DNA of 64,000 bases from a virus. The notes below the pieces were generated by a model. That model was not told the DNA's origin. It searched no databases and saw only the letters and a program-made list of their open reading frames with translations. Location: positions 1,549 to 65,548 of IMG/VR virus record IMGVR_UViG_3300012928_002096; one strand, written 5' to 3'. Position 1 is the stretch's first letter. The number at the start of each line of letters is the position of its first letter. Below are positions 37,512-46,181 of the stretch, in pieces. Made by a program: the position numbers and the translations under genes.

Positions 37512-38015
37512 TCAACCTATGATTTCGTCTGTGGTGTATTTAGACCAATCAGTAAAAACAGCCTTCTCTTTTAAATCGTGCATCCTATGCACCCATACAC
37601 CCGGATTAGTTGCATCAAAGTCTTTGTCATCTATTTTAAGACACGCATTATATCCTAGTTGACTTATGTATGGCAGTTTTGCACTAATCATTGGAATAAA
37701 ACGATTGTATTCAGTGTAACCGGATTCTAATACCCATTCTACATCTTTAATATCAAAATCTAATGTTATCCAAAAACCTTCTTTCAACAATGGAAAGATC
37801 ATATTATCATATGCTTCATTTGGTTCAAAGCTCATATTGGCACCAATATAAATATGATCAACACCTGCTTTGTTTGCGTGTTCAACAATATCTTCAAAGT
37901 TTTGTACACCTACAACGAACAGCGTTTTCTTACCAAACTTTGGCGTGTGTTCTACTTCTGTGCCAATAAAAAAGTTTACACTTTCATTTACACCGCTATC
38001 ATAATCTCTTTTCAT
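37512..38015 (-). CDS. Unknown protein inside the deazaguanine locus
   Basis: Likely start ATG 38015 (ATGA overlap); GTEVEHTP, HIYIGANMSF, NPGVWVH. Confidence 0.75.
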   Translation of the reverse strand: MKRDYDSGVNESVNFFIGTEVEHTPKFGKKTLFVVGVQNFEDIVEHANKAGVDHIYIGANMSFEPNEAYDNMIFPLLKEGFWITLDFDIKDVEWVLESGYTEYNRFIPMISAKLPYISQLGYNACLKIDDKDFDATNPGVWVHRMHDLKEKAVFTDWSKYTTDEIIG

Positions 38016-38185
38016 TGCTGTTTCACCTGATATATTTCGTTCCACGTATTCCAACGTTTTTTAATGTATTCATTTAACTGTTCTGGCGGATAATTTTTTT
38101 CTTTCATATTTGCAATAATCTTATCCAAATCTTCTAAAGCCATTTCTAATGCAAGTAACCTAAGTTCTTTTTCATTGGTATCCAT
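38012..38185 (-). CDS. Small hypothetical protein (below ORF-track cutoff)
   Basis: MDTNEKELRLLALEMALEDL...YQVKQQ*, 57 aa, overlaps both neighbours. Confidence 0.55.
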   Translation of the reverse strand: MDTNEKELRLLALEMALEDLDKIIANMKEKNYPPEQLNEYIKKRWNTWNEIYQVKQQ

Positions 38186-38384
38186 TTACATATATGCCTT
38201 TGTCTATTAGTTGTCTTTCTATTCTATAAATTTCATCTTTTAACCAAAGTTTTTCTGTTTTTAACCGTCTTAACTCTTCGGTAATATGATGAGTATATAA
38301 CTTTTGTATTTCTGTGTCAAGTGCTCTGTGTTTTTTTCTTAATTCTTCAAGGTGAGATATTAATTTATCGTTGTCGTCGCCCAT
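38172..38384 (-). CDS. DUF465/YdcH-like coiled-coil protein
   Basis: LEELRKKHRALDTEI...LKTEKLWLKDEI. Confidence 0.7.
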   Translation of the reverse strand: MGDDNDKLISHLEELRKKHRALDTEIQKLYTHHITEELRRLKTEKLWLKDEIYRIERQLIDKGIYVNGYQ

Positions 38385-39842
38385 TTAGATCTCCTCAAAT
38401 AGTTCTCCGAACTTTGTGCTTGCGTTTACAGTCTTTTTTCCTACATTAAGTCTTGTGCCTATAACTTGCATCCAAAACTTAGAATATTTTGTTATTAAAT
38501 CTAAACTTTTTTGTCTATCTTTTAAACTAAAGATCTCATCAACAACTTGTTTAAACTCTATACGTTCAAAACGTTCGTCAATCAACATATAAGGATATTC
38601 TCCTGTGTCATAACGTTCGTTTGCTCGTTGTGTGCTTTCAATGTGCATCCATACATTATGACCCATTTGTAATGCATAACTAAATGAGTCCCAACTTGTT
38701 TTGCCTTCTTTACCAATTTTATTCAAATCGCCTGGTTTGTAAATACAAATGTCTTTTATTTGACATTCTTTACTAATAGGAGAGTCTTCAAATGCTTTCA
38801 AAAGACCATCTGTTTCAAGTGCATCTTTAAATGTTCTTGTGTCTGTTGCATACTTCTTATCATCAGCGCCTGGCGACATCATATAACTCCACTTGCCACG
38901 ATCTTCAATACGTATTGTGTGATAAACTTGTCCATTTGCTGTTGCTAAGAAAGGCGATGCACAGTCATATGTAATCATAAAGTTTTTATTATGATACTTA
39001 CGCACTGCACGTTGGATATCTGTAAGCAATACAGCCCATTCTAACTTACTTGTGCCTAAGAAGTGCATAACATCGTGAACACCTTCTTCTAGTAACCCAT
39101 CGTGTATTTGATGCACAAGTCTACGCAATATCAAATCAACATCGCACATATTTTGTCCACCCATTGCCCAGCCATTAAAGTGTGTATCTGGAAACTGTGC
39201 TGGATCGCAATAGTGCTTGAACTCTTCATACCAACTATCTGCATCTGCGTGGTTACTACCTTGTAATACGTTCAGCACTTTGAAGTTGCCACGTCTATTT
39301 GCCATATAGTATTTTGCGTTTATGTGTGTTGCATCTACAGCATCTTGATAACTGTGAATATTTGCTGCCTTTGCTGCCTTAGGATCTTGGAAAGTCCAAG
39401 TTGGAATATCCAACATCATTCCATAGTCCATATATTCTTCCATCCAGTTAACAACAAGTTCACGTTTCTTTTGTGCTTTTGGACATTTAGGATTAGTCCA
39501 GTCACCTTCCCAAAGTCCTTTTGCAATTTGGAAACCACCAGAGTCACCAAGCAACCAACTATTTTCTCTATCGCGGTTGCGTAACATATCTTCTTTTTCT
39601 ACGTGTTTGTTTATATCTAAGTCTGCGTGTCCTGCAGAATACAAAGCCCACTTATAATGAAATGCTCCTTTATCAGGATTCAAAAAGTTTAGACTTTCTA
39701 CTTCATTAAGTCCAGATGGCACACGATTGTAATCAACGTATTCACCGAAACGTTGTTTACCTACAAATGTAGCATAAAAGCCACTTATACTTGGCAGAAA
39801 CACAGCATAATCATTCTGTGTTTGTGTTAGATCCTTTTTCAC
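38385..39842 (-). CDS. dpdA: TGT-fold transglycosylase, DpdA-like (7-deazaguanine insertion into DNA)
   Basis: LGDSGGFQ, MMLDIP, NVLQG, GWAMGG, HFLGTS, YDCAS; folE/queE context. Confidence 0.7.
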   Translation of the reverse strand: MKKDLTQTQNDYAVFLPSISGFYATFVGKQRFGEYVDYNRVPSGLNEVESLNFLNPDKGAFHYKWALYSAGHADLDINKHVEKEDMLRNRDRENSWLLGDSGGFQIAKGLWEGDWTNPKCPKAQKKRELVVNWMEEYMDYGMMLDIPTWTFQDPKAAKAANIHSYQDAVDATHINAKYYMANRRGNFKVLNVLQGSNHADADSWYEEFKHYCDPAQFPDTHFNGWAMGGQNMCDVDLILRRLVHQIHDGLLEEGVHDVMHFLGTSKLEWAVLLTDIQRAVRKYHNKNFMITYDCASPFLATANGQVYHTIRIEDRGKWSYMMSPGADDKKYATDTRTFKDALETDGLLKAFEDSPISKECQIKDICIYKPGDLNKIGKEGKTSWDSFSYALQMGHNVWMHIESTQRANERYDTGEYPYMLIDERFERIEFKQVVDEIFSLKDRQKSLDLITKYSKFWMQVIGTRLNVGKKTVNASTKFGELFEEI

Positions 39843-40230
39843 GTATTGCTCTCTTTTCTAAACTTAACTTATCTTTTTGACTCATTACATATGCGGCGCC
39901 TGCAAGAATTAAAATTGCGCCAGCTTCGGCAACTAGCACCCAAGGATTTGCGTCTTTACTGTGTAGCACAATTAATCTACACAATGCTGTCATTGCAATT
40001 ATAATAGGCAATGTAACAGGTATTCTGTTGCTAATAAAGTATGCACCAACCATACCTACAATCTCAGTATATATAAAAAGCAGAAATAAATCTGCAAGTT
40101 CTATCTTAAGATCCATAATCATAGAATATACATCTAAACCTGCCGCAACAACAGTAAGTATGCCTATTATAGAAAGCATACCTTTTTCTGTCATTACTGT
40201 AGTCCAGTGTAATCTATTTTTTTCTTGCAT
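39811..40230 (-). CDS. psiE: PsiE-family membrane protein
   Basis: ADLFLLFIYTEIVGM...IPVTLPIIIAMTALCRLIVL. Confidence 0.8.
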   Translation of the reverse strand: MQEKNRLHWTTVMTEKGMLSIIGILTVVAAGLDVYSMIMDLKIELADLFLLFIYTEIVGMVGAYFISNRIPVTLPIIIAMTALCRLIVLHSKDANPWVLVAEAGAILILAGAAYVMSQKDKLSLEKRAIREKGSNTNTE

Positions 40231-40958
40231 TATTTCTGTTGCGCTGGTAGAATGTAATCATATTTTGCCATACCACTGTCTACGCTAATTTTCATAGCAC
40301 CTTGATCAGTGATACTCATTGTTTTGTCACCATCTAAGTTTAGTATAGCAAGTGTTTGTGCAACTGGCCACGCCCAAGTATGTGTAAGTTTGCCTTCAAT
40401 ACCGTGTTCAAATGTAAATGAACCTGCGTGTGTTGCTTCGTCACCAAAGTAAAAGTTCAAGTTGTTATCTTCAGTCTTTACTTGGAACACTGTTTCTTCA
40501 CTGTGTGCGCCTGACATCAATTTCATACGTGCAATTGCTGCCATATTAGGCTGAATCTCAACATCATATGTGCTGACTTTGAACTTTACACTTTTTAGTT
40601 TTTCTTCAATAATTGCTTTGTTCATAAAACGATAATCATTTTCAAAATCACCCGATGCATTTTCAAAGTGTATGTGTGTTGGCATAACTTCGCCGTTGCG
40701 TTCTGCTTGTACAACTTCAATCTTTGCATTGTCTTTGTACTCTGGATTTTTCAAGTGATAATCTAATTTGCCAAGATCTGGCATACCAAATGTTCCGTTA
40801 AATTCACCAACTGGCGAATGTGTTGTTGCTGTCATAATCACACTACGATCATCAGCCATACTATCAATTTGAGTATCTTCTTCTGCTGTAACTTTCAGTG
40901 TAGTAATAAAACCTAGTCTGTGTGTATGACTCACAATGTCTTGTAGAATATCTTGCAT
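40230..40958 (-). CDS. Probable DNA polymerase sliding clamp (gp45-like)
   Basis: 242 aa, two-repeat alpha/beta pattern, ends YDYILPA; near DNA polymerase. Confidence 0.55.
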   Translation of the reverse strand: MQDILQDIVSHTHRLGFITTLKVTAEEDTQIDSMADDRSVIMTATTHSPVGEFNGTFGMPDLGKLDYHLKNPEYKDNAKIEVVQAERNGEVMPTHIHFENASGDFENDYRFMNKAIIEEKLKSVKFKVSTYDVEIQPNMAAIARMKLMSGAHSEETVFQVKTEDNNLNFYFGDEATHAGSFTFEHGIEGKLTHTWAWPVAQTLAILNLDGDKTMSITDQGAMKISVDSGMAKYDYILPAQQK

Positions 40959-40979
40959 ATTGTTCTCCGTTGTTGATTA

Positions 40980-41008
40980 ATTATACTAACTTTTGCTTTA
41001 TTTGTCAA
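40980..41008 (-). promoter_or_regulatory. Perfect-consensus sigma70 promoter
   Basis: TTGACA-AATAAAGCAAAAGTTAG-TATAAT. Confidence 0.85.
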
Positions 41009-41759
41009 GTGTTTGTTTCAATTTTGTGTTATAATAAACTGCTGCCGACAATGTATTTAGATTAATATTTTTTTCTGATGCCATTTTTAATAGAGCCTTT
41101 GTGTCTTTTGGAAAACACATTCCACCCCATCCACGTATACCTTCTTCTGGCCATACATAACTATGACTTGAACCTATACGTTTATCATCTGTAATACCTG
41201 CTTGCACTTCTTCATAGTCTAAATTATATGCTTTACAAAAATCAAAAATTTCATTGAAGAAACTTACTTTAGTTGCTAAGAAAGCATTTCTAAAATATTT
41301 TATAGCAATAGCTTCTTCTGGTGTAACAATGTTTATACGGCATTGAGGCCAATTAAAACTATATTGGTCACGCCAGTAATCTGTATCACCACTTAAAATA
41401 ATACAGTCTAATTGTTTAATATCATTCATATAGTTTTTTGCTCTAAGAAACTCTGGAGAAAAACATAATCTATGATTAGGAAAATTATTTTTTATATCTT
41501 GCCAGCCTTGTAAACTTATTGTGCTTTTGATTAATATAGGTGTTGTTTCATTACAAAGTTCTATAGTGCTGTACACAGCACTTACATCACAACTACCATC
41601 TTCTGCTGATGGAGTAGGTACACATATTACCACAGCACTTGTATTTGAAAAATCAGCATATTTGTCTTTAGGTGGATCGTGTATTTCAATTTCTCTTCTA
41701 TGGTCTTTGAATAGTAATTCGTATGCCTGTCCAACAAATCCGTATCCTGCTATAATCAT
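40998..41759 (-). CDS. ugd: UDP-glucose/GDP-mannose 6-dehydrogenase-like (N-terminal and central domains only)
   Basis: IAGYGFVG, ICVPTP, IKSTI, FSPEFLR, KYFRNAFLATKV, GWGGMCFPKD. Confidence 0.85.
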   Translation of the reverse strand: MIIAGYGFVGQAYELLFKDHRREIEIHDPPKDKYADFSNTSAVVICVPTPSAEDGSCDVSAVYSTIELCNETTPILIKSTISLQGWQDIKNNFPNHRLCFSPEFLRAKNYMNDIKQLDCIILSGDTDYWRDQYSFNWPQCRINIVTPEEAIAIKYFRNAFLATKVSFFNEIFDFCKAYNLDYEEVQAGITDDKRIGSSHSYVWPEEGIRGWGGMCFPKDTKALLKMASEKNINLNTLSAAVYYNTKLKQTLDK

Positions 41760-42469
41760 TGTGCTAACTTCGCTTCCTGAAAGTATCCAAGTCTTTCCCA
41801 AGTATCACGATAATCTTTAACATTGAAACAACGTTTTGTATCTAGCTTGACTGCTAATGGCCAATCATTACCACCTTCAACAATTTTGTCACCAAAGAAA
41901 TAAATTTTATCATTCTTGTTAAAATCTTCTAAGATTTGACTTTTATCTCCACCTTTACGATATATGTCTATTCCTGTTTCGCCACCTATAGTTGCAGTTA
42001 TATCAGGAAATTCTAAATTAATTTGGAAAGCAATACTTTCACGTTCTTTGTTTTGCAAATCGTGTTGTATATAAAGTTTACGTTCACCTAGTGTGCAATT
42101 ACGTCCTACTATACTAAAATTAATTGTACCTGTTCTTTCTTCTATATGATTACCTGTACGTAATGGAAAATTACTTGCTTGTAACCAACCGTGCATTAAA
42201 TTATACAATTCTTTAGGAGCATCAAATGTTTTACTTGCTACATTTTGTCCTTTTTTGTAGACATCATTGCCACTGCAATTATAACAAGACTCAACATTTT
42301 CACAAATATCTTCACCAAGCTGTTCGACTGTCTTATTATAATCGCTACCAGTTACTAACCATACTTTATTATGTGTAATAAATGATTTAAAAAATGTTTT
42401 AAACTCTGGATGAATAGTTTGTCTACTTGGTGTAAGTGTGCCGTCAACATCGAATATAAATTTATTCAT
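41756..42469 (-). CDS. Phosphomannomutase (eukaryotic-type, HAD-IIB)
   Basis: FDVDGTLT, VTGSD, IEERTGTINFSIVGR, FFGDK..EGGND. Confidence 0.88.
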   Translation of the reverse strand: MNKFIFDVDGTLTPSRQTIHPEFKTFFKSFITHNKVWLVTGSDYNKTVEQLGEDICENVESCYNCSGNDVYKKGQNVASKTFDAPKELYNLMHGWLQASNFPLRTGNHIEERTGTINFSIVGRNCTLGERKLYIQHDLQNKERESIAFQINLEFPDITATIGGETGIDIYRKGGDKSQILEDFNKNDKIYFFGDKIVEGGNDWPLAVKLDTKRCFNVKDYRDTWERLGYFQEAKLAQ

Positions 42470-42876
42470 TATACTTCACATACTCTCTTTCTTAAATCAC
42501 TAGTGCTAAATCTATGATCACGTTTATTAAAATACAAATCTATTTCACGCTTACGACAAATGTCTTTACCTGTAAAATCTTTGTCTCTGTATTCTTCTCC
42601 AAGTATTCTAACATCTATATGATACATTGTCAATATATCTTCTAGGTCTTTTTCAGTGCCATAAGGAATAATTTCATCAACATACTTTACACCTTTTAAT
42701 TGTGTATAGCGTTCGACAATAGTTTGCACAGGAGCATTTTTTTCTGATCGATCTACACTAGGATCCATTTGTAATGCACATATTAAATAATCGCATTGTT
42801 CTTTTGCTTCACGTAACATTTGTACGTGTCCTGCGTGTAATAAATCAAATGTTGAACAAGTAAATCCTACTTTCAT
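42469..42876 (-). CDS. TagD-like cytidylyltransferase
   Basis: FDLLHAGH (HIGH-type), ERYTQL...VDEII, RFSTS. Confidence 0.88.
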   Translation of the reverse strand: MKVGFTCSTFDLLHAGHVQMLREAKEQCDYLICALQMDPSVDRSEKNAPVQTIVERYTQLKGVKYVDEIIPYGTEKDLEDILTMYHIDVRILGEEYRDKDFTGKDICRKREIDLYFNKRDHRFSTSDLRKRVCEV

Positions 42877-43217
42877 TAATGATTCCGCCTACCATCAAAT
42901 GCACAAACAAAGTAAAGTTCTTGGTCTTTACCTTGATACATATCAGATTCTACTCTATGATGTATACCATCTTTAATCAATACAACATCACCAGGACCAA
43001 CTGCCATAGGCTCATCATTTAGATACATTGTGCCTTTACCTCTAATAAAGAAATAAATTTCTTCTTGTCCTTTGTGTATATGTCCTGACGTAGATTTGCC
43101 AGGCTTCATTGTTGTACTACTTAATACTAAATTTTGTAACAGTGTGTTATCTTTAACAATGTATCGTTCGTCTTGTTTAGCGATAACTCCACCAATATCT
43201 TGTATATCTACTTTCAA
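42876..43217 (-). CDS. Cupin-domain protein (mannose-6-phosphate isomerase-like)
   Basis: GHIHKGQEEIYFFIRG...GDVVLI..GIHHRV. Confidence 0.85.
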   Translation of the reverse strand: MKVDIQDIGGVIAKQDERYIVKDNTLLQNLVLSSTTMKPGKSTSGHIHKGQEEIYFFIRGKGTMYLNDEPMAVGPGDVVLIKDGIHHRVESDMYQGKDQELYFVCAFDGRRNH

Positions 43218-43498
43218 AAGTCTATCTCCCTTCCTTTATATTCCCAAGTTCCATATCTAGTTGGTTCGGCTTCTTTTGGCCCGCCATATTCTTTAGCTTT
43301 TTCTTCTGTAACTTTTTGTTCAGGTATATCAGGGTCTTTACGTGCATATTTTATATCACAATATCCACAAACAACATAATGTCCATCGTGTGGTATTCTA
43401 AGATAAACTTTTGGGTGGTCATTGTTATCTCCACTACACGCAACACTGTCGCCATCTATGTAAATAATGCGTTCTTCAAATCCTTCGATTCTTTCCAT
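43214..43498 (-). CDS. zf-CHCC (NDUFS6-like) + DUF1674 (SdhAF4-like) fusion
   Basis: VACSGDNNDHPKVYL...VVCGYC followed by EYGGPKEAEPTRYGTWEYKGREIDF; GGAG RBS before ATG 43498. Confidence 0.8.
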   Translation of the reverse strand: MERIEGFEERIIYIDGDSVACSGDNNDHPKVYLRIPHDGHYVVCGYCDIKYARKDPDIPEQKVTEEKAKEYGGPKEAEPTRYGTWEYKGREIDF

Positions 43499-43499
43499 A

Positions 43500-46163
43500 T
43501 TAACTCCATTCAAATAAATTGTTAAATGTTGTTTTTTGCTTTGTGCTTTCTAAGTCATATTTCAACACACCAATTAAGTTGTCTAGTTTGTTGTCAATAA
43601 TAACTTCTTCCATTGCATCGCCATCAAAAGGAAGCTCTTTAAACCAATCAGGAAGTCTTAGTTGATCTGTTGGATAAGCAACAGAAGTATATCCTAATGG
43701 ATTTTGTTTCAGTTTACAAACAATAACTTTCATACCATCTACAATTTCTTGGGAATATTTATCACCATTCATACGTTTCAATGTATTCCAGTTGATGCTT
43801 GCTCTTACGTGTCCAGGCATATTTGCTTTGCCTTGCTTTTCTTCTAGTCGTTGATAATGTCCAATCTTGTTTGCACGTTTGGGTGAACCTTTCTCAAATC
43901 CTGGACGTTCTTTAAACTCACGCCTAAATTCACTTATACTTTCTAGTAATTCTTTTTCGGGCTGTACTGCTAATACCATATCAAGCAATGTTTTCAAATA
44001 GTTTTGCATAAACACTGGAGTATCACTACGCTTTAAGTCCAAGCCCATAGCTTTAACTTTACCTAATGCACCATCCTTATCTTTTCTATCACCTTCTAAG
44101 TCATACACTCGCACTGCATAACGTTTCTTTGTAATAAACAAGCCTGTGTCTGCAACAACTTCTCTTGCGGCAGCAATAACCTCACTACGTGGGCGAGGAC
44201 AATGAAATGCGTCACGCATAAAATCTGGAAATGTTGTGTTTGCTTGTTCGCATAACTGGTCATACAATGTAATTACATTATCTTTACCCCAAGGCACAGT
44301 ACCAGCAGTAATTTCTTCTTCAAGTACAGGATACGCACTAAAGTAAACAGAGTCTGTATCACCATATATAATTGCTTTACCTACGTGATCATATTCGCCT
44401 GTAATAATCTTATTCACTTCACTTGCCATATGCTTTGCAATTTGTCTGCCAGTTAGTGTTGTTGACTGTCCAATACGTTTATCAAAAAATCTACAGCCTG
44501 GATTCAAAATAGCACCATACAAACTGTTCAAGTTAATCTTTTTGACAAGTTGTCTTTTGTCCCAAAATGCTATTTCTGTTTCGTTGCCTGCATCAATTGC
44601 TTTACGCATTTTTGCTTGTAATTCTTTACGCTCTGCATACCAACGTTTCAGCAAACCTGGAATAACACCTTCGACTTCTGTTGTAAACACAGTACCGTTA
44701 GCACTAAGCATCCACGGTTGATGGCTATCAAAAATAAGTTTGTATATTTCTGCACCACTTAGCACGTGGCTTGTACCATCTTCTAAATCTAATGTAAGTG
44801 CAACGTCTTTGCGTTGTTCCATTACAGCATCATATTCTAATGTAGCAAACTTACCTTCCCAACTTGCCGCAAAACTTTTCTTTTCAAGTGTTTGTGCATT
44901 GTGTAAAAACTCTTCAGTCAAGTCTGGACGTATTTGTCCAATAATAGTTTCTGGAGCCATATTCATTGCACGAATAATACTTGGATATAGACTGTTCAAG
45001 TCCATACTACCAATCCACTTATGTACACCTTTTTTAGGATACGCAACATAAGCACCTGCCGCGGCAGTTTGCCCTTCGTGTTGTACTCTGTTAGGTGCTT
45101 GCATACCTCTTCTGTGTGCTTCATTAACAATTGCTTGCTCTGTAACTGCAACTGCTCCTGCTGTTGTTTGTAATAACACAGTATTATCGTGTGCAATTTC
45201 ATTTGCAAGATCAATAAAGCGTAACTTCTTATCAATTTTATCTAGTAGTGCAACGTCTTGTCTATTGTATTCAATAAACTTTTTAAAGTCGTTGTTGTAA
45301 AGTTGATCAAGTGTGCCTTCATACACAGTCTTGTTTTCACCAACTTCCATTTCACCAATAGCATCAAGTCTGTATGTGTGACGTTCTTCATATGTATATT
45401 TGCGATACAGTTCAAGATAGTCCATATGCACTCTACCTATTGTATCAAACGTTTCAGCAGTTTTGCCAAACTTTTCAAACTCTCTACGTCTTGGAAGTTG
45501 CTTCCACAAACAAAAGCGCCTAGTGTCATCTTTGCTCAACACCCGTGAAACACGATTTACAGTGTAAGGAATATCATAACCTTCACTGTTCCAGCCGCTC
45601 AATATATCTGCATCTTCTATAACATCAAGAAATGCTTGTAGCATATCTCCTTCATTTTCATACAAATATGTATTATCAAAATCTGCACATTCTGCTTGTG
45701 CTTCTTCCATAGTTAGTGTTTTGGGCGGCAATGCAAATGTTACCAATGCATCTAACCATTGTAAATGCACAGTAATAGCAGTAATTGGCATAAAAGGATC
45801 GCTTGGATCAGCAAAGCCTCTATCTGGATCAAAATCAGTCTCAATATCAAAAAAGCAAACATTTAGTTTAGGAGCATCTTGGTTGAGATAGTGTTCACTC
45901 AAACATTGAAATATTGGATTTACATCCGACTCAAACATTTTTTTGCCTTTGTTAATGGCAAGTTCTTTTCTAAAATCTTTTGTATTTTTACAAACTACAC
46001 GTTGTAGTGGATCTCCATAAATGCTTTTGTATTTGCCACGTGGATCTTCATAGTAAAATGTATACTTTGCTTGATATTCAGTAAAATGCCTTTTACCATC
46101 CTTGCGTTCTACTGCACGGATAATATCTGCATCTCTATCAAAAAAAGCGTCTACGTATGGCAT
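43500..46163 (-). CDS. polB: Family B DNA polymerase
   Basis: Exo FDIETD, NSEGYD; Pol DLNSLYPS, KINLNSLYG, YGDTDS. Confidence 0.97.
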   Translation of the reverse strand: MPYVDAFFDRDADIIRAVERKDGKRHFTEYQAKYTFYYEDPRGKYKSIYGDPLQRVVCKNTKDFRKELAINKGKKMFESDVNPIFQCLSEHYLNQDAPKLNVCFFDIETDFDPDRGFADPSDPFMPITAITVHLQWLDALVTFALPPKTLTMEEAQAECADFDNTYLYENEGDMLQAFLDVIEDADILSGWNSEGYDIPYTVNRVSRVLSKDDTRRFCLWKQLPRRREFEKFGKTAETFDTIGRVHMDYLELYRKYTYEERHTYRLDAIGEMEVGENKTVYEGTLDQLYNNDFKKFIEYNRQDVALLDKIDKKLRFIDLANEIAHDNTVLLQTTAGAVAVTEQAIVNEAHRRGMQAPNRVQHEGQTAAAGAYVAYPKKGVHKWIGSMDLNSLYPSIIRAMNMAPETIIGQIRPDLTEEFLHNAQTLEKKSFAASWEGKFATLEYDAVMEQRKDVALTLDLEDGTSHVLSGAEIYKLIFDSHQPWMLSANGTVFTTEVEGVIPGLLKRWYAERKELQAKMRKAIDAGNETEIAFWDKRQLVKKINLNSLYGAILNPGCRFFDKRIGQSTTLTGRQIAKHMASEVNKIITGEYDHVGKAIIYGDTDSVYFSAYPVLEEEITAGTVPWGKDNVITLYDQLCEQANTTFPDFMRDAFHCPRPRSEVIAAAREVVADTGLFITKKRYAVRVYDLEGDRKDKDGALGKVKAMGLDLKRSDTPVFMQNYLKTLLDMVLAVQPEKELLESISEFRREFKERPGFEKGSPKRANKIGHYQRLEEKQGKANMPGHVRASINWNTLKRMNGDKYSQEIVDGMKVIVCKLKQNPLGYTSVAYPTDQLRLPDWFKELPFDGDAMEEVIIDNKLDNLIGVLKYDLESTKQKTTFNNLFEWS

Positions 46164-46181
46164 TTATATTCCTTTGTATTA

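Noticed and set aside
37487-37515. TTGACA-17-TATTAT overlapping the annotated start of the QueD-paralog
   Set aside because: It overlaps coding sequence in AT-rich DNA and would need an internal TTG start; plausible but not supportable without TSS data
43500-46163. Possible intein, intron or split in the DNA polymerase
   Set aside because: One uninterrupted 887-aa ORF with normally spaced Exo and Pol motifs; no C1...HN-C/S/T junction or homing-endonuclease motif seen
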